A stretch of DNA of 62,962 bases, the filler included, from Thraustochytrium aureum (lineage: Eukaryota), in the NCBI GenBank assembly GCA_012862495.1. It is 7 parts of 5 records of this genome, joined end to end, with 100 filler letters (N's around TTAATTAATTAA, not from the genome) between each part and the next. Parts side by side here need not be neighbours in the genome. Positions count along the whole stretch, not along the records: positions 1 to 30,840 come from BLSG01000161.1; 6 more parts are not named here. One strand, written 5' to 3'. Numbering within the stretch: the stretch's first letter is position 1; every line of letters starts with the position of its first letter. The position numbers were made by a program, and so were the translations under genes. Of the stretch, positions 1 to 12,700 are shown piece by piece. The notes below the pieces were generated by a model. The model was not told the DNA's origin, ran no database searches, and worked only from the letters and a program-made list of their open reading frames with translations.

Positions 1-3000
1 CCGGAAGGCAAAGGCATCGCGCGGCGAGTAAGAGTGGTCGATGGCCTGGATCTGGACGTTGATAGCGGCAAGCTCGGCCTTGGCCTCCTCAAGCTTTTCA
101 TTGGCCTCCTGCATTGAGACCTCGGCCGCCTTGAGGTCCTGCACAGTTGCGTCCTTGAGACGTTGTTTACCTTGCTTTTCAAACTTTTCCACCTCGGCCA
201 AGAGCTGGTCTATGTTGGATTTGTACATTTCCACGCGGCGCTCCAACGACTCGATCTGCGTCGAGTGCTCCTCCGCAAGCTCCAGGAGCTCCTCCTTCGT
301 GCGCCCGTCTGGCGAAAGCCCGTTTCCCGAGGCTGCAGACCCCACGGCTGCGCCGGCCTCGGCCAGAGCAGCCTCGATCGGCTCACGAAGCCCTGCCGGG
401 GCAGCGTCAAAGGTAGCCTGGCCTGCGCTGGCGGCCCCGCTCCCGCGCATCCCGCCTGCTTTCGGAGGGCGCACTCCGCCGCCGCCGCCACCACCGCTGC
501 TGGCAGTCGCCCCGGTATTCCCCTTGCCCTGCGGCCAAGCCCGCAGAGTCCGGCGCCGCTCCGTCTCCAGAGTACATGGACATGGGAAGCTCGCCGTCCT
601 GCAGCACCACGAGGTGCAGGAGAACGGTTTTGATGTTGTTTGGCGCCAGCGCGAGTACGTCAGAGGCGCCGTCGCTCGTGACGGCGGCCCCACTCGCTGT
701 CCCATGCGGATGCGCGATGTACGCAAACGAGGTGCGCGAAGAAGCAGCCGCAGAGGCACGAAACGGTGCTCCGAACCGGCGCGACACTACCGCATCGCCC
801 GCGAGCGAGCATACCTGCCACGACGCGAGTTTGTGGCCCCTGTCGAACAGGGTCGGCAACTTGACGACCTGCGTCGCGGACGCCGAATCGCCGTCAGAGC
901 CGTACGGCTGGCGCCGCAAACGCAGCACAACCTGGTCCCCAGCCGCGTCGCGGACGCGAATGGACTGCAGGGCGACGTCTGGCGGCAGTGGGGCGGCGAG
1001 CATGCTCGCCTCAGTGATGAATCGCGAAGCCCAGTTGTCTCGCGCAAGCACTTGAGCCAAGTCCGGGTTCTCCATCGCAAAGAAGGGCGCCCCGGCGCGG
1101 CGAACGCGGCTCACCAAGTGCGGGAGGCGGCCCAGCATGCCGGCAGGCGTGTCTACGGCGAGCACCGACGTAAACTGCGCCACAGAAAAGTCGCCCAGAG
1201 GTTCGCCGACGCCGCGGCCGTCGTCCGTCTCGTGGTTGCGGTGCAGCATGATCTCGATGGCACCAGAGCCCGATTCTGTGACAGGGCTTGCGGACGCAAA
1301 AGGCGTCTTGGACACGACCGCGAGGACTTGACCCATCCGCGTTACCGATGTGGCTTGATTGTCGCGCAGTGCGACAGTGTTTGTGGCCGGATACACGCTG
1401 CTCGGGAGCGGCGCATCGCGGTGCGAGGTCCGCTTGATGAGCTGCCCGAGCGCATTGTCGGTGTAGAAGACGCCATCCGTGTCCATGTTGGTCTCGTAGC
1501 GCACCACGGTGTCCATGCCGACCTCGGGAACCACGACGTGGTTCACCTCAAGGTGCATCTGGATGTCGTCCTGGCTTGACGCGCCCGCCGTCGCCCCGCC
1601 GGCCTCTGCTGGCTTGCGACCTCGCTTTCCGGGCGTGCCGCTAGCTTGNNNNNNNNNNNNNNNNNNNNNNNNNNNNNNNNNNNNNNNNNNNNNNNNNNNN
1701 NNNNNNNNNNNNNNNNNNNNNNNNNNNNNNNNNNNNNNNNNNNNNNNNNNNNNNNNNNNNNNNNNNNNNNNNNNNNNNNNNNNNNNNNNNNNNNNNNNNN
1801 NNNNNNNNNNNNNNNNNNNNNNNNNNNNNNNNNNNNNNNNNNNNNNNNNNNNNNNNNNNNNNNNNNNNNNNNNNNNNNNNNNNNNNNNNNNNNNNNNNNN
1901 NNNNNNNCAAACTCGATCGGCTGCGGCTTGCCCGGGTTGAAGACAAAGACCCCGCTCTTTTGGCCAGGGTAGTTCAAGAACTGCTGCCTTAGGAGCGTGT
2001 TCCGCGTCGTCCGCTTGTCGAGAATCGAGTGCAAGAGGCCGGTGCTGGAGGAGACGTGCACCTCGAGCAGGTCGTTTTCCAGCATGACCGTCTTTTCCAC
2101 AGTTTCAACCTGCTCAATCCCGTCTGCCGCCGCCCCAGGCGAGCTGCCTGCTTGCTGGTCATTGCCGCCTTGCCCCTGGCCGCGCACGCCTCCGCGCTGC
2201 TTTGGCTTTTGCTGCTGTTGGGGCTGCAGACCTTGGAGTGCACCCAAGTCTGGGGCGGCGCCGGGTTTGGCCTCGTCCGCGTAATAGTCGTCCTCCTCGG
2301 GGGGCGCCGCTCGTGCCGCAGCGGCCTTTGAGCGCTTCTTGAAGCTGAGGATCTGCGTCGCAGAGGCAGCCGCGTTGGCCAGATGCGACTGCTTGATGCG
2401 CTCCCGCGCTGAGGTTGTGAAGCAAAAGTACGTGGAGAATCCCAGCGGCGGCACGCGCGCCAAGAAAGCCATGTGCACCCTCGCGACCCACTTGTCGGCA
2501 TCGCCTGCCCCGCCGCTGGCTCCAGCTTGTTGTGAGCGCTTGCGCTTGCGCGACTTCCCCCCGCCGCCGCTGCTGCTGCTGACGAGGACATGGTAAAGCT
2601 GCGCACGAACCGCATTGCCCGCGGCGTCGCGACTTGAATGTGGCGCAGAGCGCCCCAATCGTCGCCAAGGTAGATATGCACAGGCTTTACGCGCTCTACG
2701 CCCTCGGCGTTGTACACAACGATTGGGTGGTGGAGCGCCGAACCGGCGTCCTCGGCGCCGTCGCCGATCTCATCTGCAAGGTTGAATGGCAGGGGCGTTA
2801 GCACTGGCCTGATGCGCGGCCCGGAAGCCTTGAACTGCGACTCGCGCTTTGTGAGCAGCTGCGCGAGGGAGGCCTCCAACACTGCGTGGGCGGCTGTCTG
2901 CGCCGTGTGCAGCTTGGAAATGAGGTCGTTCACGACTTGCACACGAGCCGCGCCGGTGATGGCGTGGACGTGGTTGACCTGCGCGGTGGCCCAGCGCGCC

Positions 3001-4725
3001 GTTGACAGTGACTTGAAGAGGTCCGTGTCCCACTGCGGAGGCGGAGAGCCCATGTCTGCTTCGACATGGCCGTTTATGATACTCTTGATGCGCGGCGCGT
3101 CGCCTAGTGCGGTTGCGCGCGCCCGAGCGAGGGCGAAGAACGACTCTGCAGATCGAACGAGATCGTCCACGTCGCGGCATGCTGCCTTGAGCGCTTGCCG
3201 CGTCGAGAATATGCCCGAGAAGTAGCCCTCTTTGCTGTCTGCAAAAGGGAAAAAGTCGCCAACGTAGCGCGGGAACTCGAGCCCAGTCACAGCTGCCGTC
3301 TCGCGCACGCTGCGAAGGTACTCGGTGGCCGTGCTGAAGCGGATCTTGACGTCGGGCACCTTGTCGTTGATGTATCGCATGAGCTTTTCCATGTTGGTGA
3401 ACTGCTTGTCCGCCTCTGCAAACCTCAAGTCGTCCCCCGAAAAGGCACCAGGAGATGGTGCGTCCGGTAGCTGCTGGCCCACTCGCGGAGCGCGTGCACG
3501 AGCCTGTCCGCGCGCCGCTTCGCGTTGGTCACTTGGCGCACGCCCTTTCCGCTTTCAAAGTCGAACCCGTCTGGGGCGACGTACCCTTGGTACAGCACGT
3601 GCGTGAAAAGGTCGCCTGGCTGCCAGGCGTCAACGCCTGCGCTGGCTGCGCCAGTGGCCCCGCCCGCCCCTGCTCCGGGGCCGCCGGCTCGCGCGCCGAG
3701 CGAGGGCAGCGCGCCGAGATCACTACCGCGCCACACAAACTCGAGGTGCTTTTCGCTCTTGAACTGCTGCTTTACTCGGTAGTGGACCTTGTCCATGATC
3801 AAACCTGTGTACCCCATTGCTGCAAGCAGCGCTGGCGTTGCGTCACTGTGGCCCGCCCCGCCCACCTGCCACGCCACCTCGGGGCGAACGCCAAAGTGCC
3901 GCTCGAGCCAGTCGTGCCCAACTGAGATTTGCTCGACGACCGCTTCCCACGTCGTAGCGGCTTCGTCGTGCTCTGCGGCGCCGCCGCCCACAAACTCGAG
4001 CTGGCCTTCCCGGACGGCGCGCCGCGCCCGTTCGCGGTCGCCCTGAGACAGCCCCAAGTACCATCGGCGGAAGAGCACGGTCTCGGCCCAANNNNNNNNN
4101 NNNNNNNNNNNNNNNNNNNNNNNNNNNNNNNNNNNNNNNNNNNNNNNNNNNNNNNNNNNNNNNNNNNNNNNNNNNNNNNNNNNNNNNNNNNNNNNNNNNN
4201 NNNNNNNNNNNNNNNNNNNNNNNNNNNNNNNNNNNNNNNNNNNNNNNNNNNNNNNNNNNNNNNNNNNNNNNNNNNNNNNNNNNNNNNNNNNNNNNNNNNN
4301 NNNNNNNNNNGCGGGACCATGTGAATAACGAGGTTGAGCGAGTCGTCGTCCTCGTCGTCGTCAAGGTCCCCGAACCCCGCGCCAGCCGCGGCCTCTGCGG
4401 CTCTCACCGCCGCCAGGGCCACCATCGCAACGACGGCCAGCGCCCACGTTCGTCCGCGGCCCGGTCGCGGGCGGCGCCGGGGGATCGCGCGCTGCTGGCC
4501 TTGTCCATCCCCGCACGAGCGGCAAATCGACCCAATCCCAGCGCCGGTGCGACCTTCCTCAAGCGCGCAGCCGCGCCAACGGGACAGCGCGCGCGCAACG
4601 GCCATCGCGCGGCCGGCGCGAGCCCCTGGCGCGCAGACCGGGAGAGCGACAGGGATCTGGACGGCCGATCCCGTTGCTGCTGTCGGCTCCTCACCGGCCA
4701 TCATGGACACGCCGAAACGTGCCAT
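1..4725 (-). CDS. GH38 (class II) alpha-mannosidase-like protein with N-terminal hydrophobic anchor and C-terminal coiled coil; 3' partial; catalytic motifs degenerate
   Basis: Stitched from ORFs 3799-4923, 3425-4078, 1989-3482, 1543-2658 and 407-1558 plus an open frame running off position 1. GH38 landmarks: NLVIHMVP, GQLEFVGGG..HDEA, LEFVW, LLVPF/GDDLRF, GDFFPFAD, VVYN, LENDLLEV, FYTDNALG, GAIEIMLHR..DDGRGVGEPL. Frameshifts near 3438, 2625 and 521; gaps at 1649-1907 and 4092-4310. Start codon uncertain. Confidence 0.88.
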
Positions 4726-5079
4726 GGACAGAGGCCGATGACGGCGCGCAGCACAAGAGCTGGCCTGCAGAGCGGAGCGAGCTGGTGCTGCACGCCGTGG
4801 ACGCACGTAGTGGCAAGCTAGGGGCGCCGGAGCAGCCCAGCGGGACCGGAAAGATGGGCAAGTTGTAATGTAGATCGCGGACGGCCACGTGGGCTGCGCA
4901 AGTCTCTTGAGGGCCAGCGCCACTTGCTCGCTCGAGCTGGACGACGCGAAACGGTTCGGGTGCTGTTGGCTGGGTGGTGTTGATGAACACCATTGGTTGT
5001 TTGGTTGTGGTTGGCCTCGCGCGACGAGGACGGATGCGATGTTCCGTCCACTCTTGCAAGAGCCAGTTGTCGGACACGC

Positions 5080-5721
5080 CTAGGCGGCCTTCTTGGCAGC
5101 CGACGGCTTCTTGGCGGCCGGGGACTTCTTGGCAGCCGGCGACTTCTTGGCAGCTGGGGACTTCTTGGCCGGTGACTTCTTAGCAGCCGGCGACTTCTTG
5201 GCCGGTGACTTCTTGGCGGCCGGCGACTTCTTGGCGGCCGGCGACTTCTTGGCCGGCGACTTCTTGGCGGCCGGCGACTTCTTGGCCGGCGACTTCTTGG
5301 CGGCCGGCGACTTCTTGACAAGGGACTTGGCCGACGAGGACTGGGCAGGCCGACGTCAGGGCGCATTCATTGCTAGCCTGAAGCGAAGGCACCAAGGGTC
5401 GGCGAGCATACTTACTGGTTTCTTCATCTTGGTGGGCGACTTCTTGGCAGCAGTCGCGGGAGCCTTTTTGGCCGCCGTCTTCTTCGCATCCGTTACGCCC
5501 TTCTTGGCTGCCGGGGCCTTCTTGGCGACCTCGCCGAGCTTGAACGATCCCTTGACTTGCGAGAGCTTCCCGGTCTCTACAAGCTTGCGCACGGCGGACT
5601 TGATGAACCTGTCCTTGGCCGGGTCGCCGCCGTTGAGCGCCTTCTTGAGCGCCGGGAGGCTGATGCCCTTGCGGTCCTGGGCATCCTTGATGTAGCTCAC
5701 AATCTTGTCTCCGAACGACAT
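5080..5721 (-). CDS. Linker histone H1, two exons (5721-5416, 5340-5080), 188 aa
   Basis: Globular domain [12 protein letters not shown]...[16 protein letters not shown] followed by a Lys/Ala/Pro tail. A 75-nt phase-0 intron (5341-5415, GTAAGT...CTGAC...CAG) joins the frames cleanly to TAG at 5080-5082. Confidence 0.92.
5089..5316 (-). repeat. Coding tandem repeat of 15/18-nt units encoding 12 x KKSPA(A) in the H1 tail
   Basis: Repeated gacttcttggc(g/a)gccg units are directly visible. Confidence 0.95.
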
Positions 5722-6434
5722 CTCGCCTTCGCTCTCTGCTCGTGCTCCTCCTACCTCCGTGCCTGCCTCCACAATGCGCAATCGACGCTCGGTGCTGCTC
5801 TCCAACGTTGCGGGTCTGCCCTGCCAAGCGCATCGACCACGGCCTAGCAAATAGGTGCACGTGTGTGTCCGGTCTCCAGGAAAAACGTGGGTGGGAAAAA
5901 CCAACCCGACAAAAACCCAAACGTGCACCGGGCTGGCCCACTGCGTTTGGCGGCGCGAGGAAAAGTTGCGGCAAGGTGACGACAACGACGAAACCGCTGC
6001 GCCGCTTCGCCGCCTGCTGCTTCTTTGGCGGCCGCCGGACCGCGGTTGAGCCCAAGGACCTGGCTGGTCTCATCACGAGAAGGCAGGCCAATGCAAAACT
6101 GACAGCGTGTACACGCATGTAGTAGTTGGCCTACGGATGACCTTTCGGTGACGTGCCCGAGCGAGGACGCGGCCCATGCGACAATGGCGAGTGGAGCTCG
6201 GGCGCTTGTACTTTTCTCCTGCGCTGCTTTTTGGAACGACGGACAACCATGGTCTCGTGGTCTCTCCCCCTCGGCGCGCGGCGCAGAATTAGGCCTACGC
6301 TACGCTGTCGTGCCCATTGCAAGGCAAGTCTCGTACAATAAAAACTGTCTTGTTGGCGGCTTGCCGAGCGCGAGCGAATTAAGAGGTTTCAGGTTGGTTG
6401 GCGAGGGCCGAACTTTCAGGCGGCCGGCGGCCGC

Positions 6435-6897
6435 TCAAAAATCAACCACCTTGCTGATGGCCTCAAAGTTCTTGAGGTGGTCCGGCACGTAAAACTTTTC
6501 AAACACGAGCGGGAAGGGCGTGTCGTAGCCGCAAACGCGCTGCACCGGAGCCTCCAGGAACAAAAAGCACTTGTCCTGGATCTCTGCAGCGACCTCCGCG
6601 GCAAAGCCGGACGTCTTGGGCGCCTCGTGGCTCACGATGAGGCGGCCCGTCTTCTTGACCGAGTTGACCACCGTCTCCACATCCCAGGGCAAGAGCGTGC
6701 GCAAGTCGATGAGCTCGCACGAGACGCCGAGCTGCTCCCGAGCCATGTCGCAGGCCTTTTCCAAGACGAGCATCTGCGCGCCCCAGCCCACCACGGTGAC
6801 GTCTGACCCGGGGCGCACGATGTCGGCCTTGCCTAGCGGCAAGGTAAAGTCGCCCACCGGAACGTCACCAACGCTCGAGCGGTACAGCCGCTTTGGC
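6435..6897 (-). CDS. BCKDHB: Branched-chain alpha-keto acid dehydrogenase E1 beta subunit, C-terminal part (5' end in gap)
   Basis: PKRLYRS...[12 protein letters not shown]...[13 protein letters not shown]...[12 protein letters not shown]...[30 protein letters not shown]. Confidence 0.95.
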
Positions 6898-7777
6898 NNN
6901 NNNNNNNNNNNNNNNNNNNNNNNNNNNNNNNNNNNNNNNNNNNNNNNNNNNNNNNNNNNNNNNNNNNNNNNNNNNNNNNNNNNNNNNNNNNNNNNNNNNN
7001 NNNNNNNNNNNNNNNNNNNNNNNNNNNNNNNNNNNNNNNNNNNNNNNNNNNNNNNNNNNNNNNNNNNNNNNNNNNNNNNNNNNNNNNNNNNNNNNNNNNN
7101 NNNNNNNNNNNNNNNNNNNNNNNNNNNNNNNNNNNNNNNNNNNNNNNNNNNNNNNNNNNNNNNNNNNNNNNNNNNNNNNNNNNNNNNNNNNNNNNNNNNN
7201 NNNNNNNNNNNNNNNNNNNNNNNNNNNNNNNNNNNNNNNNNNNNNNNNNNNNNNNNNNNNNNNNNNNNNNNNNNNNNNNNNNNNNNNNNNNNNNNNNNNN
7301 NNNNNNNNNNNNNNNNNNNNNNNNNNNNNNNNNNNNNNNNNNNNNNNNNNNNNNNNNNNNNNNNNNNNNNNNNNNNNNNNNNNNNNNNNNNNNNNNNNNN
7401 NNNNNNNNNNNNNNNNNNNNNNNNNNNNNNNNNNNNNNNNNNNNNNNNNNNNNNNNNNNNNNNNNNNNNNNNNNNNNNNNNNNNNNNNNNNNNNNNNNNN
7501 NNNNNNNNNNNNNNNNNNNNNNNNNNNNNNNNNNNNNNNNNNNNNNNNNNNNNNNNNNNNNNNNNNNNNNNNNNNNNNNNNNNNNNNNNNNNNNNNNNNN
7601 NNNNNNNNNNNNNNNNNNNNNNNNNNNNNNNNNNNNNNNNNNNNNNNNNNNNNNNNNNNNNNNNNNNNNNNNNNNNNNNNNNNNNNNNNNNNNNNNNNNN
7701 NNNNNNNNNNNNNNNNNNNNNNNNNNNNNNNNNNNNNNNNNNNNNNNNNNNNNNNNNNNNNNNNNNNNNNNNNNNNN

Positions 7778-9510
7778 CAGACTCAAAGGCCTCGGGGGCG
7801 CTTCTAGCCGCGAAAAGGTACGAAGACGCCTGCGCCGCAACGGCGCGCGCCTGGGCCGAGGCCGCCACTGAAGACTCGACGCCGCTCAACGTAAACGAAT
7901 GCGCGGCCCTCGTAGACGTGTTTGCCGCCTTGCGTCGAGCAGGGCATCGCGAGGAAACAACGATGCCCGCCCCTGAGATCCTCCTTCTCGGTGAATTCGC
8001 CCTCTTCCTCTTCCTCCAAGCCTGGCGAATCTCCAGAAACAACGCCCACATGTCAAAGGAAGACCTCACAATGTGGCCCCCAGAGCTCGACAGCAACGAG
8101 GACAGAGCCAGGGAAGACCCGACAGACTCACCCCAGCTCCGCTCGCCACGAGCCCTCGCGCTCGACGCTGTCACAAAGGAGAACACGCAGCGCCTCGATT
8201 TTTTCAAGGCCCACATCCGCGACGTCTGCTGGCTTCTCCACCTTTGCAACGCCGGAACACTGTCTCGCAGCGATTTCGAGGCGGCTTTTTCGCATTGCAT
8301 GCTGGACATTCAACTTGCGCGCGCGTTCGAATTTGTTGTCGGCGCAGACAAGGCTGTGGAACGCCCACTCCTGGACCACTTTCCCCGCGAGTGCTCTGAG
8401 GTGGCCTGCGCCGAGATCGAGTCTATATTGCTGGACCTACTCGCGCCGCACGAGGTTGAAAATCCGCAGCTGCGCAGCGCCCATGCTCAGCACCGTGCGA
8501 CATCCCCTGGTAGCCCAGCGATTGGCTCGGACGGGCTCCTCTCGCCGCGCTCGTCCGGGTCACCCCGGTCTGGCGGCAGCGCAAGCGGCCTTCTCCCGCA
8601 CACGCAGCGCGCGGCGTGCGACAACGTCGTGGTGGTCGAGAATCTCGTCCGGCGAACCGCAGTGCACGGCGACATCGACCTCATTGAGCGGAGCAAGGCT
8701 CCAGCGGATGGCTCTTTGAGCGGCCGCCAAGGACGGGACTTGAGGGCTGCGGCGCACGTCGTGGACAAGCTGGTCGTCTTCGACTGTGCCAAATCGACCG
8801 TGTACGCGCTTCGCCCCTTTCGCAATGCGCGCATCGTCGGCTGCCGCGAGTGCACCATCGTGCTTGGGCCATGCTCTGGGGTCCTCACGTTGGATCACTG
8901 CAGCGACGTCCGCGTTGTGGGCGTCGCGAGCCACGTCTCGGTAGTCAACTGCTTTGACATGCGCATTTTTGTCCATGCCCTGCACAGTCGGCCCGTCGTG
9001 GCGGGCGACTCGACGAATATCGTGTTTGGACCTTTCCACACGTTCTACCCTCGACTCAATCTGCACCTTGACGCTCTGTTTGGCCAAGACCGCGGCGGCT
9101 CTGGGGCAACCTGCAATTATTTGTGGACAGCGCCGCGGGATCTTACTTTCAAGTCGGCCTGGTCCCTGCTCCCACCTGACCAGTTCACGGTGTTCGTCAC
9201 CCCTTTCCTCGACCCGCTCATGAACCTCCCTTGCGTGGAGAATCCATTTCGGCTCCCACCAGGGTACGCTCTCGCGTTGCAAGCCAAGCTCCACGCCGTC
9301 GAGGGCATCCTCACGCGCGTGGCGCAGGCCGAGGCACCCGAGGGAGCAGACCCGATGGACGCCAGCTCCCCCGGTCCAGGCGACACGCCCAGCCGGCCCA
9401 AGCAAGCGCTAGAGCGAGCGGTTCAAGATGTATTTAGGGACTGGCTTGTGAGCTCTGGGAACGTGCGGCAGGTCATCGATTTGGTCAAGCACGCATCCAG
9501 TTCGTGTTAG
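7778..9510 (+). CDS. TBCCD1: TBCC domain-containing protein 1 (5' end in gap)
   Basis: TBCC/CARP beta-helix (DCAKSTVYALRP..IVGCRECTIVLGP..DHCSDVRV..RPVVAGDSTNIVFGPFHTFYPRL), LLPPDQF..F..PF, NPFRLPPGY and C-terminal FRDWLVSSGNVRQV, as in TBCCD1. Confidence 0.85.
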
Positions 9511-9798
9511 AGGCAGTGAGCGGCACGGGGGGCTCGAGGCAGAGGACTCCGTTTTGTGGGGGTCGTGGAAGGTGGGGACTGCGCTTGTGCGCGTCTCAGC
9601 ATAAATCAAACATGCGTACGTAGATCGAGGAAGTATCGACTGGTAGGAGGCAGAAGCGTCGGAACAGCCCGACGCAAGACGCACAAAACTCTACCCCTAT
9701 TCTAATTCTATCAGCTACTCGGGGTATGCGCTCAATCAAATCATATAGAGTACTCTACCTTACCCTACTCTACCCTACGGATTCATTGGCATAATCAA

Positions 9799-12700
9799 TC
9801 AAAACGAGAACCTTGAGTTGTACTTGGTTTCCCAGCTCTGGACCAAGCCGGCGGCCCGGATAGTGACGCGCTCGAGCGCCTTGGTCTCTCGGGCCATCAT
9901 CGACAGCACTTGACTGATCTGGTCGTGGTTCTCCTGACCCGCCACGTCCTGGTCTCTCAGAAAGGTCCGGCAAAGCTCGACCGAGCGCTGCAGCCCGTCG
10001 CGCTCCTTGAGTGCAGTAAATATAGGCAGGGCGTCCTCGAGCTGCTCGATGCGCTTCCAATAAGCATTGAGAACAGCCGAGGTACAGGGCACGGCGCGTT
10101 CGAGCTTGGCCAAGAGAGCGAGCTGAAGCTTCGCTCGCTGCTCCGCAAGCCCGAGCTCCTCCATCCGCTGCCAAGCAGCTTCAATCACGGACCGCGACGC
10201 CAAAATTGCATCCTTGTGCCTCTTTGCCAGCTCTTGCGTCGCTTGCAAGACGCATGCGTCAACCGCGTGCGAGAGGTCCGTCTCGTCTGCCACGTTCGCT
10301 TCCGTGGGCACTGGTGCTCCGGTTTGCGACTGCCGAGCCGCAATCGCTGCAGCTTGCGCGTTGATCTCCCTTGTGAGCGCGATCTCCTTTTCCTTGCTTG
10401 CTGAGAGCGATGCCTCCTCGTCGGCGAGGTCGCGCAGGACCTGGTCGAAGGCTGTACTGAAGCGGCGATCTGTCGATCGCACAAGCTCCTCTTTCGCCCG
10501 CGTTGATGCAGCCTCCAGCTCTTGCATGGCCTTGGCGTGGACAGCAGCCTCCTCGTCGAGTCGCAACTTCCACTTGCTGCGAAGCTCGCGAAGGGCTGGC
10601 GCAGCCTGCGCTTCCAGTGCGTCTTGGAAAGCTTGCTCGCCCTCCTGCGTCTTGGCAGCGAGCACTTTGCGGAGTCGATCGCGGCGCCGCTTTAACGCGA
10701 GGGTTTTCTGCTCTTGCTCTGCGCTGCCCATGATGACCAGGTAGCGCAGCCGCTTGAGCTGGGCCTGGACGTTTTCCGAAATGGTCAAGGAGCTCACCCG
10801 GGACTCCAGCTTGACACATTCCTCGCCAAGCTCGTCGACACGTCTTTTGCTCTCGAGTTCCGTTCCTTCGAGTGCCTCGAGCTCTGCACTGAGACGCTGG
10901 CAGCGCAAGACTGTTTGAACAAGGTCATTCTCGCTCTCGAAAGCTGCTCTCTTTGCGCCGAGGCTCGATCGTCGTACAAAAGATGTGCGTGTGCCTCTGC
11001 GTTGCCCATCGTTGAGGTCGTGTAGGAAAGCGGCCAAATTTCCCTCAAAGCCCTCGTGGCGCGCCTTTGCAAGCTCCACCCTCGTTGCGACAAAATCAAG
11101 ATAATCACCAGCGATATCACCTGCATCTTCGCCTTTTGCACGAACCTGTGTGACCACATTGGCCAGTCTTGCGGTAGACCGAGCAATTTCGCCGCAAAGC
11201 TCGCTCGTTTCAATCTTGAGTCGAATATCGATAGACGATTTTACTTCACGCTTCATGCGGCTCAGCTCCTCCTTGTGTCGACGCTCCGCGTCCTCGCGCT
11301 CCTGCAGAGCGAGTTTGGTAGCCAGCTCTTCCCGAGCTGATCTTTCGGCCTGTTCCATCGCAAGTCGAACTGCTTCTGCTTCATCTCGCATTGCCTGCTC
11401 CTCGGCTATGCGAGCAGCTTCGAGCTCCATGGCTTTGGCTTTCTGTCGGCTATCTTGCTCATCTTGACGAGCGCGTGCCTCGGCTTGTTCGTCAGCGCGG
11501 CGCTGTGCCTCGACTTTTTCCTCAATTCGGTGTTGAGCAGCAGCATGTTCGTCAGCGCGGCGCTGTGACTCGGCTTGTTCGTCAGCGCGGCGCTGAGCAG
11601 CAGCATGTTCGTCAGCACGGCGCTGTGACTCGGCTTGTTCGACAGCACGGNNNNNNNNNNNNNNNNNNNNNNNNNNNNNNNNNNNNNNNNNNNNNNNNNN
11701 NNNNNNNNNNNNNNNNNNNNNNNNNNNNNNNNNNNNNNNNNNNNNNNNNNNNNNNNNNNNNNNNNNNNNNNNNNNNNNNNNNNNNNNNNNNNNNNNNNNN
11801 NNNNNNNNNNNNNNNNNNNNNNNNNNNNNNCGCTTTGCTTCGGCTTCTTCGTCAGCGCGGCGCTGCGCAGCAGCTTGTTCGTCAGCACGGCGCTGAGCAG
11901 CAGCTTCTTCACCTGCTCGTGGTTGAATCAAACTCTCGGACGCGGACGCGGCTGGGGGCAGGTCTTCGGCGATCTCTGTGCTGCTGTCTCTTCTTCTTGC
12001 GGCCACGTCGATACTCGCCGAAGAGCCAGCCGCTTCGAGCTTCTTGAAACTCAGGCGCCGAAGCCTGCTCAAACGGCGTTCCGGCTTCGCCTCGACTGGT
12101 GCCATAATGCCACCCAACGAATCAGCCTCGTCCTGGTCCTCAAACCTATTTTCGAGCGGTACATGAACACTTTCAAGTTTTGCATCGTCTGCTGAAGCGT
12201 TGCGGCCAATAGGCGCCTCGGAAACCTTGACAAGACGCACTGGCTCGCGCGAACTTGAATGCGGTTCCACGCTTGCATCGACAGCGCCATGTGACGGGGA
12301 GAGAGCAGAGTCACCGCCAACAGGCGCGGCACTGGCTTCCTCCTCGTCGAAAGCGGAGAAGAATCGCTCGGGGGGTTTGACGCCATCTTGCGCCATCTTG
12401 TGGCGAACAGCACCTTCTGGTAAACCCGCTTTCAGCATTTTCCTGTACTTGCCCATCAAATCCTCGGCGGCGGCGGCGGCCTCGAGAGACGCGAATGCCG
12501 CCGTCTTGGACTCTGCCGTTGTGCCCGATCCGTCAAAGAACCCTGCGGGGGCCGTCAACCCAGCCTTTGCCATCCGCTTTTCGACCGCGCGCTGAGGCAC
12601 GCCAGAATCGAAGAGCTTCTTGAACTTTTGCAGCTGCTCGTGCGTCCCGAGCTGCGCTCCCGACGCGCTGGCGGACTCGTCCAAAGACTGGAGTTCCTGG

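Noticed and set aside
41..1579. Long antisense or alternative-frame ORFs (for example 41-1579, 13610-14776, 36999-38285, 45932-47113, 61595-62632)
   Set aside because: Shadow ORFs caused by GC-rich codon bias opposite recognisable genes; several others are inflated by N runs.
5093..5695. Plus-strand AAGDFL repeat protein
   Set aside because: It is the antisense of the histone H1 KKSPAA tail.
9690..9780. TACCCTA-like runs as interstitial telomeric repeats
   Set aside because: Too degenerate and too few to match a telomere unit.
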